Shown here piece by piece: positions 1 to 8,500 of a DNA stretch of 64,000 nt; within the stretch, counting starts at the first letter, position 1; every line of letters starts with the position of its first letter. Both the position numbers and the translations under genes were made by a program. The stretch is from NCBI GenBank assembly GCA_963742075.1, contig CAVUKR010000012.1:7237-71236 (forward strand). Direction: 5' to 3'. Under the pieces are notes generated by a model. That model was not told the DNA's origin. It saw nothing but the letters and a program-made list of their open reading frames with translations, and did not search any database. This stretch comes from an uncultured Chloroflexia bacterium. Its GTDB lineage: Bacteria; Chloroflexota; Limnocylindria; Limnocylindrales; CSP1-4.

Positions 1-578
1 AGGCGGGGTCCGACGCAGTGCGCATCGTCATGCCGGCCGGCGGCGGGGTTGCGGGGCAGCCGGTCTGCGCCTACCTCGTCGGTCGCCGCCGGTTCGTGCT
101 GGTCGACCCCGGAGACCCGACCGGCCCCGGCCTGGAGCGCGCCCTCAACCTCGCGGCCCAACGCGGCGGCGCCATCGAGGCCATCGCGCTCACCCACGTC
201 GATGCCGATCATGCGGCCGGCGCCGAGGGGATCGCGGAGCAGCTCGGGATCGAGGTGCTGACCGGTCCCGGCGGCGGGCGCCAGCTCCCGTATCCGGTCC
301 GCGAGCTGGCCGATCTCGAGGTCGTGGCCGCCGGCGACGTGCCGCTCCGGGTCGTCCACGCGCCCGGCCCACGCCCCGACCACATCGCCTTCGTCGGCCC
401 CGAACCCGGCGACGCCGCGTTCGTCCTCGTCGGCGACCTCGACGGGCTCCGTGGCGCCCGATCGATCCCGGGTCCCGCGGACGCGCCGGCCTGGGCGGCC
501 TCCCTCGAGCGGGTCGCGCGGCTTGCGCCGCGAGCTCAGCGGCTGGCGGGGCATCCGCGACGCCCCGACGTGAGTTGA
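1..578 (+). CDS. MBL-fold metallo-hydrolase, 5'-truncated by the window edge
   Basis: Frame open from position 3; LVDPG, THVDADH (HxHxDH-like), GDL and AGH motifs of the metallo-beta-lactamase fold; some metal ligands are substituted. Confidence 0.75.
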   Translation, partial: AGSDAVRIVMPAGGGVAGQPVCAYLVGRRRFVLVDPGDPTGPGLERALNLAAQRGGAIEAIALTHVDADHAAGAEGIAEQLGIEVLTGPGGGRQLPYPVRELADLEVVAAGDVPLRVVHAPGPRPDHIAFVGPEPGDAAFVLVGDLDGLRGARSIPGPADAPAWAASLERVARLAPRAQRLAGHPRRPDVS

Positions 579-580
579 CG

Positions 581-1528
581 ATGCCACCTTCGGACCGCGA
601 GTCTGTGCCGATGGACGAACCGATGCCACGCCCGCGCACGATCCTCCCGCCGCTCGCATGGCTGTTCATCGTCTTTGCGGTCTTCGACGCGATCTGGTAC
701 GTCCTGACCGCGAGCTTCGATCCGAACCCGTCCGCCGCGCAGGTCATCGCGCACTGGGTCCAGGTCTTCCCGTCGGTCACAACGATCCTGCTGCCGGCCG
801 CCCTGCTGGCACGTCACCCGGATGCGCGCTGGCAGGCCCGGACCCTGCTCATCGGGACGATGGTGCTAGCGGCGAGCGAGGGGCTGGTGATCCTGTCCAC
901 TCCGCTCGAAGTCGTGTTCGATGCCCTGACGCCCGCGACGCAGGACCAGCCGGTCGTCCTGGCCTCGTTGCTCTATTCCGACCTGACCAACATCGCCGTC
1001 GGTGTCGGGCTGATCGCGATCGGCCTGGGGCTGTCTCGCGCTCGCCGCCACGAGGACCGACGGGAGTGGGTCACCGGGGCAGTCGTGGTCCTGCTGGCCA
1101 TCATCGGGACCATCGATGGCATCGTCGCGACGTCGCGGCTCGATCTGACCGGGCTCCCGATGTCGCTCGGGCTCGCCGCCTACCTCGCATCGTCGGCCGT
1201 CCTCGGCGTCCTGCGGATCGTGGCCTGGGGCTACCTGACGGCGATGGCCGTGCGCGGCGTCCTCGCCGGCGAGGCACCCGCCCGCGGCTGGCGGCTCGCG
1301 TCCATCGGTGGCGGCGTGGTGATCCTGGCGCTTGTCGTGCTCGATCTCGCCGAGGTGGTCGCGTACAGCGACACCAGCCTCCTGCTGAGCTACTTCACGA
1401 TCGGCGCGTACGCGCTCGGCAACCTCTGCCTCCTCGCCGCGTTCGCCGTCGGGCTGCCGGCGCTCGATGACGTGGACGACGAGGACGACGTCGAGGACGA
1501 GGACGACGTCGAGGACGACGAGCTGTAG
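581..1528 (+). CDS. Multi-pass membrane protein of unknown function with acidic C-terminal tail
   Basis: About 8 hydrophobic segments; ends DDVDDEDDVEDEDDVEDDEL; start taken as ATG 581 (TTG 575 is an alternative). Confidence 0.75.
   Translation: MPPSDRESVPMDEPMPRPRTILPPLAWLFIVFAVFDAIWYVLTASFDPNPSAAQVIAHWVQVFPSVTTILLPAALLARHPDARWQARTLLIGTMVLAASEGLVILSTPLEVVFDALTPATQDQPVVLASLLYSDLTNIAVGVGLIAIGLGLSRARRHEDRREWVTGAVVVLLAIIGTIDGIVATSRLDLTGLPMSLGLAAYLASSAVLGVLRIVAWGYLTAMAVRGVLAGEAPARGWRLASIGGGVVILALVVLDLAEVVAYSDTSLLLSYFTIGAYALGNLCLLAAFAVGLPALDDVDDEDDVEDEDDVEDDEL
1469..1522 (+). repeat. Three imperfect 18-bp tandem repeats encoding the acidic tail
   Basis: gacgtggacgacgaggac / gacgtcgaggacgaggac / gacgtcgaggacgacgag. 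Confidence 0.8.
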
Positions 1529-1543
1529 GTCGAGTCGCCCCGG

Positions 1544-2146
1544 TCAGGCCCGGTCGGTCGGGAGTGCCGCGACGAGGTTGCGCAGGAAGTTGAGCCCTTC
1601 GTCGACCTGCTCGACCGGGGCATACGGTCCGGGCATGAGGACGCACGGTCGGCCGGCGAGGGCGACCCCGGGCAGCTGACCCCACAATTCGACGAGCGGG
1701 CGGCCGGCGCAGATGGTCGCGACGCGCTTGTAGATGAAGACGACCGCCGCCGGCCGCCAGATCGCGATCTTCTGCCAGAGCGGCCCGACTCCGGCCGTCA
1801 GCTCCGCATCGGTCGCCACGTCCCGCGCCGTCGGGATCTTGAGGAGGTCGGTGATGCCGTGGCCTGCCGCGACCAGGGCGTCGTCGGCGGCCTCGACCGG
1901 GGTGCCCGAGGGGATGACCCCACCGCTCATCAGCCGGCGAAGGAAGGTCCGCCCGAGCTGGCCCTGGTGATAGTGACCGGCCGCAACGCTGACCGGCGAC
2001 GGGTTGAGCCCGACGAACAGGAGTCGGTCCCGGAGCGGCGGGAGATCCTCGAGCGTCTCGACCGGTGTGCCATCGAGCACGATCGTGGTCCGATGGAGGC
2101 CCGGACCAGGTCGCCGGGTCAGGGCCTCGAGGTCATCGGGGATCAA
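1544..2146 (-). CDS. mug: Mismatch-specific uracil/thymine DNA glycosylase (MUG/TDG family)
   Basis: LLFVGLNPSPVS..GHYH and GHGITDL motifs (GxNP of family-2 UDG); TTG start overlapping the tatA stop. Confidence 0.8.
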   Translation of the reverse strand: MIPDDLEALTRRPGPGLHRTTIVLDGTPVETLEDLPPLRDRLLFVGLNPSPVSVAAGHYHQGQLGRTFLRRLMSGGVIPSGTPVEAADDALVAAGHGITDLLKIPTARDVATDAELTAGVGPLWQKIAIWRPAAVVFIYKRVATICAGRPLVELWGQLPGVALAGRPCVLMPGPYAPVEQVDEGLNFLRNLVAALPTDRA

Positions 2147-2343
2147 TCGTCGACGTGGTCGGTCGGTTCGCTCGACCCCGACGTTCGTGCCTGTATCTCG
2201 GTTTGGGCCTTGGCCGCCTCGGTCTTGGCCTCGCGGACGCCGCGCCCGAGCGTGGCGCCCCACTTCGGGAGCGTCTTGGGCCCGCGCCAGACCAGGACGG
2301 CCACGAGGACGACGATGAGCACGATCAGGACGTCGGATCCCAT
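2143..2343 (-). CDS. tatA: Twin-arginine translocase TatA/TatE family subunit
   Basis: 66 aa; N-terminal TM helix then GPKTLPKWGATLGRGVREAK amphipathic helix. Confidence 0.8.
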   Translation of the reverse strand: MGSDVLIVLIVVLVAVLVWRGPKTLPKWGATLGRGVREAKTEAAKAQTEIQARTSGSSEPTDHVDD

Positions 2344-2363
2344 GGGCCGATGGTACAGCGCGG

Positions 2364-2762
2364 TCAGCGTGGGCGGTGTGCGACCGGGATGACCAGGCGC
2401 AGCGCCGTGTGGGTCGCCGAGAACGAGGCGACCTTGTTGTCGACGAGGCGGGCCGCCTTGGCCGCGTCGATGACGTCGACGTCCCGCAGCGTCGCGGCCT
2501 TGCCCTTGCGGGAGACGACCCAGATCGCGCCGTTGGGTCGGAGCATGGCCGCCAGCTCCTTGAGGCGCGCGAGCGCCTCGAAGGTGTCAGCGCCGAGCAG
2601 CACGACATCGGTGTCCGGCTCGGGCCAGCCCTCGGTCAGGTCGGTCGTCCGGTCGGCGATCTGCGGCCGGATGTCGGGGTCGTCGATGTCCATGATCGCG
2701 ACGCGCATCCCGGGCCGGATCCCGAGCTTGTCGAGCAGCGGCGTGGTGTAGACGCGTTCCAT
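2364..2762 (-). CDS. DUF3052-like protein
   Basis: LLDKLGIRPG ... LRPNGAIWVVSRKG ... LVDNKVASFS pattern. Confidence 0.7.
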   Translation of the reverse strand: MERVYTTPLLDKLGIRPGMRVAIMDIDDPDIRPQIADRTTDLTEGWPEPDTDVVLLGADTFEALARLKELAAMLRPNGAIWVVSRKGKAATLRDVDVIDAAKAARLVDNKVASFSATHTALRLVIPVAHRPR

Positions 2763-2782
2763 GCCCGCTATCGTGCCATGCG

Positions 2783-4519
2783 ATGTTGCTCGTGTACGGT
2801 CCGCGGTCGGCGACGTACGACTTCGGGCCGGGGCATCCCCTCACGCCGCGGCGGTTCGGTCCCGGACTGGACCTGCTGCGCGCGGTCGGGGCGGAGCCGG
2901 GCCTCGCACCCGAGCCGGCGCCCGACGACGAGCTGTTGTGGTGTCACACGCGCGGGTACCTCGACACCGTCAAGCGGCTGTCGATCGATCCGTTCGGGTT
3001 TCCCGAGGCCGGGATCGGTCAGGGTGGCGACGATCCACCGTTCGCCGGGATGCACGAGGCGGCAGCGGCCGTGGCCGGCGGTTCGCTGCGGGCGATGGAG
3101 GCGATCCTGCGCGGCGACGCCGGGCATGCCTTCCATCCGGGCGGTGGCCTCCATCACGCGATGCCGGACCGCGCCTCGGGGTTCTGCATCTACGACGACC
3201 CGGCCCTCGCGATCGCGCTGGCGCGCCGCGACGGCCTGCGCGTGTTGTACGTGGACCTCGACGTCCATCACGGCGACGGGGTCCAGGCGATCCACGCCGT
3301 CGATCCGGACGTGCTGACGCTGTCGTTCCACGAGAGCGGGCGCTACCTGTTCCCCGGCACCGGCGGGGTGGGGGAGCTGGGTCAGGGGACCGCGGCGGGA
3401 ACCTCGGTCAACGTGCCGTTCGAACCCGGGACCGGAGAGGTGGCCTGGCTCGCCGCCGTGCGGTCGCTGCTCCCCGAGCTGGCTGCCGCGTTCGGGCCGG
3501 ACGTCATCGTGTCGCAGCACGGGGCGGATTCGCACGCCTGGGACCCGCTGGCGCACCTGCTCGTGACGACGACCGCGATGGGCGAGGCAGCGCGTCTCGT
3601 GGACCGCGTGGCGCACCGCTTCGCGGGAGGTCGGTGGCTGGCGACCGGTGGCGGCGGGTATGACGCCTATCGGGTCGTGCCACGCACCTGGAGCCTCGTC
3701 TGGCTGGCCGGGGCGCACCGCGACGTCCCCGGCTCGACGCCGCAGGCGTGGCGTGATCGCTGGGCGGCCGAAGGGGCCCGGTACGGCCAGGCGCCGCTCC
3801 CCGCGACGTTCGAGGACGCGCCGAACGCCGGGCTCGAGCTCGATGCCTCGCAGGTGTCCGCAGATGCCCGCTCCCTCGAGTCGGCCGCCGTGGTGCGTCG
3901 CCTGGTCGTGCCGCGGCTGCTGCAGGTCGCGCGCGATCGCGGCTGGTGGGATCCGGTCGCGGATGTCGCCTACGACGCGGACGGCGACGCGGGCGATGGC
4001 GCCACGGGCGGCCTGGGCGACGGCACCCCGGCGATCCTCGAGTCGGTCGATGCGGCGACGTGGGACGGCCTGACGCTCGCTGCGCGCGTCGTGCCACCGG
4101 CCGACCCGGCGGCCGGCCACGCCCTCGTCGTGGCCGCACTGCGTGACGGTTCGCACGTCTCCGCCGCGGTCGACGGTCGCCGGATCGTCGGTATCGCGCT
4201 CGCCGTTCCCGCCGACGACCAAGGTGCGTGCGAGGTTCTCGCCGTCGGCGTCGCGCCATCGCACCGGGGTGGCGGGCTCGGCTCGGCGCTGCTCGCTTCG
4301 GTCGTCCAGGCGGCCGGGGCGGACGGCTCCTTCGCCGACATCACCGTTGCCGAACGCGACTCGATCGAGCCGCTCGATCGCACCCTCAGAGCGGAGATCG
4401 CCCGCCGCCTCTTCATGCGAGCCGGATTCGCGATCCACCCAGGCGACGCGACCATCCGGGCCGCCGACCCGAACGCGTTCCACGCGGTCCGCCCGGCACG
4501 GCACCAGGGCGCGGCCTGA
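2783..4519 (+). CDS. acuC: AcuC-type Zn-dependent deacetylase (HDAC fold) fused to a C-terminal GNAT acetyltransferase domain
   Basis: HPLTPRR, GGLHHA, SGFC, DLDVHHGDG, SQHGADSH, GGGGY; C-terminal VGVAPSHRGGGLGSALL (GNAT motif A) and FMRAGF in one continuous ORF. Confidence 0.85.
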   Translation: MLLVYGPRSATYDFGPGHPLTPRRFGPGLDLLRAVGAEPGLAPEPAPDDELLWCHTRGYLDTVKRLSIDPFGFPEAGIGQGGDDPPFAGMHEAAAAVAGGSLRAMEAILRGDAGHAFHPGGGLHHAMPDRASGFCIYDDPALAIALARRDGLRVLYVDLDVHHGDGVQAIHAVDPDVLTLSFHESGRYLFPGTGGVGELGQGTAAGTSVNVPFEPGTGEVAWLAAVRSLLPELAAAFGPDVIVSQHGADSHAWDPLAHLLVTTTAMGEAARLVDRVAHRFAGGRWLATGGGGYDAYRVVPRTWSLVWLAGAHRDVPGSTPQAWRDRWAAEGARYGQAPLPATFEDAPNAGLELDASQVSADARSLESAAVVRRLVVPRLLQVARDRGWWDPVADVAYDADGDAGDGATGGLGDGTPAILESVDAATWDGLTLAARVVPPADPAAGHALVVAALRDGSHVSAAVDGRRIVGIALAVPADDQGACEVLAVGVAPSHRGGGLGSALLASVVQAAGADGSFADITVAERDSIEPLDRTLRAEIARRLFMRAGFAIHPGDATIRAADPNAFHAVRPARHQGAA

Positions 4520-4525
4520 ATCGAG

Positions 4526-4558
4526 CGCCCCCGGTCCGTCGATGACGGGCCGGGGGCG
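4526..4558. terminator. Hairpin between convergent genes, probable bidirectional terminator
   Basis: cgcccccggtccgtc-gat-gacgggccgggggcg, 15-bp stem with one G-U pair. Confidence 0.65.
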
Positions 4559-4604
4559 AAGGTTACGCTCGAGCGGGCTGGGACCCGCAGGGTGGACGGA
4601 TAGG

Positions 4605-5369
4605 TCAGGCGGTTGCGGCCGCTGGTGTGGTGCTGTTGCCCTTGACCGTACCCGGGCGCCATGGGGTCCCGAGCATCGGGAGCAGGTAGCGGTCGACGCC
4701 GTAGTAGCCGGCGACCTTCCAGCCGAGGATCAGCCCGACGGCGAGGGTGAACAGGACCGGGTTGACCGAGGCGGAGCCCGCGAGCAGGAACGACATGTTC
4801 ATCAGGGCCCCGAAGAAGGCCGCGAAGCCTGTCAGGCAGCCGACGAGGAGGCCGATCCCGACCGCCATCTCACCGAACGTGATGAGCGGGGCGAACCACG
4901 TGTAGGCCTGATTGTCGAGCAGGGTCTGCAGGAACGTGCGATACCAGTCGTAGGTGATCGCCGGGCTGCCGGCGCCGGCGGCCGGGACGGCCACCGCGTG
5001 CTGCCAATAGCCCTGGAGGGCGGAGCCTCCGTCAAGCCAACCGGTTCCACTGAACTTGTGATACCCGGCTTCCAGCCAGGTGAACCCGACGAACAGGCGG
5101 ACCGGCAGCCAGAAGAGGCCGGCGCGCGAGTTGCCGAAGAGGAACCGCGTGAATGCAGGTCCTTCGATCTCGATCGTCTCGCCACCCGGCTCCTTGCGCA
5201 TCTCGAAGAGGACCACGAGGAGAGCCAGGAACGAGATCCAGAAAGCGACGGTCACGATCTGATCGGCCGTGCTCTTGGGGTCGACGGCGAACCACGGGTT
5301 GACGATGAGGAATAGCGTGACCGCGGCGATCCCGCCGAGGACCGCTGCGATGTTCCGCCTGGTTGCCAT
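4605..5369 (-). CDS. DoxX/DoxD (TQO small subunit-like) membrane protein
   Basis: WLPVRLFVGFTWLEAGYHKF, WYRTFL, GEMAVGIGL, FLLAGSASVNP, AGYYGVD motifs; ATG 5369 with purine-rich RBS. Confidence 0.85.
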   Translation of the reverse strand: MATRRNIAAVLGGIAAVTLFLIVNPWFAVDPKSTADQIVTVAFWISFLALLVVLFEMRKEPGGETIEIEGPAFTRFLFGNSRAGLFWLPVRLFVGFTWLEAGYHKFSGTGWLDGGSALQGYWQHAVAVPAAGAGSPAITYDWYRTFLQTLLDNQAYTWFAPLITFGEMAVGIGLLVGCLTGFAAFFGALMNMSFLLAGSASVNPVLFTLAVGLILGWKVAGYYGVDRYLLPMLGTPWRPGTVKGNSTTPAAATA

Positions 5370-5524
5370 GAGAATGCCTTCCCTTCCGTTCGGTGCGTCC
5401 CGTCCACGCGGCGGGGCTTGCCTATTCGCATTGAAGCCTGCTGGTGGGGGTGGCAGAAGCGCCAACCGGCCCTCCCGGTAGGCCATTCGGCCTGTTCTGT
5501 CCGGGACGAACCGCCACCGCATGA

Positions 5525-5562
5525 GTGAACATCTGGTCGAAATGGGTGTCGAGCGTTACACT
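5525..5562 (+). promoter_or_regulatory. Candidate LexA (SOS) box overlapping the -35 region of the lhr promoter
   Basis: GAAC-ATCT-GGTC at 5527-5538 (one mismatch from GAAC-N4-GTTC); -10 TACACT at 5557-5562, 9 nt before the GTG start. Confidence 0.5.
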
Positions 5563-5571
5563 CCGTGACCC

Positions 5572-8500
5572 GTGGTCACCGCCGCCATCTCCGATCCACT
5601 CGCCCCTTTCTCGCCGGCTGTCCGCGACTGGTTCCAGTCCAGCTTTGAAGCGCCGACCGAGGCGCAGGTGCGTGGCTGGGCAGCCATCTCCAGCGGACAC
5701 CATACCCTCGTCCATGCCCCCACCGGGAGCGGGAAAACCCTTACAGCCTTCCTCTGGACGCTCGATCGCCTGGCGACCCATCCGAGCCCGACGCCGACCC
5801 GCGAGCATCCGGGTCTGGTCCGCGTCCTGTACGTCTCGCCGCTCAAGGCGCTGACCTACGACATCGAACGGAACCTCCGCGCGCCGCTGACCGGCATCGC
5901 GCTGGCAGCCGAACGGCTCGGCGAGCCCGTGCCGGACATCTCGGTCGCAAGCCGGACCGGCGACACGGCGGCCGAGGACCGCCGGCAGATCGCCCGGCAC
6001 CCGCCGGACATCCTGATCACCACCCCGGAATCGCTCTACCTCATGCTCACCAGCGCTGCCCGCGAGGTCCTGCGCGGCGTCGAGCACGTGATCCTCGACG
6101 AGGTGCATGCCATCGCGGGCTCGAAGCGTGGTGCGCACCTCGCGCTCAGCCTCGAGCGCCTGGAGGCGCTCCGCGACGCCACGCCCGGGACGCCACCGAT
6201 GCAGCGGATCGGCCTGTCGGCCACGCAACGCCCGCTCGATGCGATCGCGCGCTTCCTCGGCGGCGTCGGCCCCGGGCGCGAGGTCACCATCGTCGACGCC
6301 GGCACCCGCAAGCCGCTCGATCTCCAGGTCATCGTGCCCGTCGACGACATGTCGGCGATGGGCGAGGTCCTGCCGTTCGACCAGCAGCCGGGCGGCCCGG
6401 CCACGAGCCCGGATCTTCGGACGAGCATCTGGCCCGCCATCCACCCGCGGATCCTCGAGCTGATCCGGAGCCACCGCAGCACGATCGTCTTCACCAACAG
6501 CCGGCGGCTATCCGAGCGGCTCGCCCAGCGGCTCAACGAGCTGGCCGGCGAGGAGCTCGTGCGCGCACACCACGGCAGCATCGCCCGGGAGCAGCGCGTC
6601 CTCATCGAGGAGGAGCTGAAGGCCGGTCGGCTCCCCGCGCTGGTCGCGACGTCCAGTCTCGAGCTCGGGATCGACATGGGCGCCGTCGATCTCGTGATCC
6701 AGGTCGAGAGCCCGACGAGCGTCGCCCGCGGTCTCCAGCGGATCGGTCGGGCCGGGCACCAGGTCGGGGCGCCGAGCAAGGGCGTCATCTTCCCGAAGTA
6801 CCGCGGCGACCTGCTCGAGTGCGCGATCGTCACCCGCCGGATGCACGAGGGCGCGATCGAGACCACCCAGATCCCGCGGAACCCGCTCGACGTCCTCGCC
6901 CAGCAGCTCGTGGCGATGACGGTCATGGACCGCTGGTCGGTGGACGACCTGCTCGCCCTGGCACAGCGGGCGTCGCCCTACGAGACGCTCACCCGCGAGG
7001 TCCTCGAGGGCGTGCTCGGGATGCTGGCAGGGGCATATCCGTCCGACGAGTTCGCCGAGCTCAAGCCGCGCGTCGTCTGGGACCGGGTGACCGATGTCGT
7101 CGAGGGCCGGCGTGACGCGAGGGTCGTCGCGGTGACCAGCGGTGGCACGATCCCAGATCGGGGCCTGTTCGGGGTGTTCATGGTCGGCGAGGCGGGGACG
7201 CCCGGCCGTCGCGTCGGCGAGCTCGACGAGGAGATGGTCTACGAGCTGCGGGCCGGGATGCACGGCGATGTCATCGTGCTCGGCGCCAGCAGCTGGCGGG
7301 TCGAGGAGATCGGCCACGACCGGGTCACCGTCAGCCCGGCGCCCGGGGTCCCGGGCAAGCTGCCGTTCTGGCACGGCGACGCGGTCGGTCGACCGGTCGA
7401 GCTCGGGCGCGCGCTCGGGGCGTTCGTCGGCGAGCTCGAGGCGGACATGGCACGGGGCGAGAAGGGCCGGCGAGCCGCGACCGTCCGCCTGCGCGAGACC
7501 CACGACCTCGACGAGCGTGCCGCGGACAACCTGCTGGCCTATCTGGACGACGAGCGCGAGGCGACCGGAGCCCTGCCGACCGACAAGCGGATCGTCGTCG
7601 AGCGGTTCCGCGACGAGCTCGGCGATTGGCGGCTGTGCATCCTCAGCCCGTTCGGTGGCCGGGTCCACGCGCCGTGGTCGCTTGCGCTCGAAGCGCGGAT
7701 CCGCGAGCGGCTGGGACTCGAGGTCCAGACGATCTGGTCGGACGACGGGATCGCGATCCGGCTGCCCGAGGGCGACGCCCCGCTCGATGGCATCGAGGCG
7801 CTGCTCTTCCCCGAGCCCGACGAGCTCGAGGACCTCGTCGTCGGCCAGCTGGCGACGTCTGCGCTGTTCGCCAGCCGGTTCCGGGAGAACGCGGCACGGG
7901 CGCTGCTGCTGCCGCGCCGCAGACCGGGGACGCGGACGCCTCTCTGGCAGCAGCGCCAGCGGTCCGCCGACCTGCTCGCGGTCGCGTCGCGCTACGGCTC
8001 GTTCCCGATCCTGGTCGAGACCTACCGGGAATGCCTGTCGGACGTCTTCGACCTGCCCGGCCTGCGCGAGATCCTGGCCGGCGTCGCCCGGCGCGAGATC
8101 GCCGTCCACGGCGTCGAGACGGTCCGGGCCTCGCCGTTCGCGGGCAGCCTGATGTTCGACTACGTCGCCGCCTACATGTACGACGGCGACACCCCGATGG
8201 CCGAGCGCCGAGCCGGCGCGCTGACCCTCGACCGCGACCTGCTGCGCGAGCTGCTCGGCCAGGAGGAGCTGCGCGAGCTGCTCGACCCGGACGCCCTGGC
8301 CGGCCTCGAGCTGAGCCTCCAGGCGCTGGCCGAGGACCGCCAGGCGTCCAGCCTCGACGGCGTCCACGACCTGCTCCGCCGGCTCGGCGACCTGTCCGCC
8401 GCGGAGGTGGCGGCGCGGACCGAGGGCGGTGCGGCGGTCGCCGGACCCTGGCTGGACGAGCTCGCAGGCGCCCGGCGGGTGGTCCGGACCCGGATCGCCG

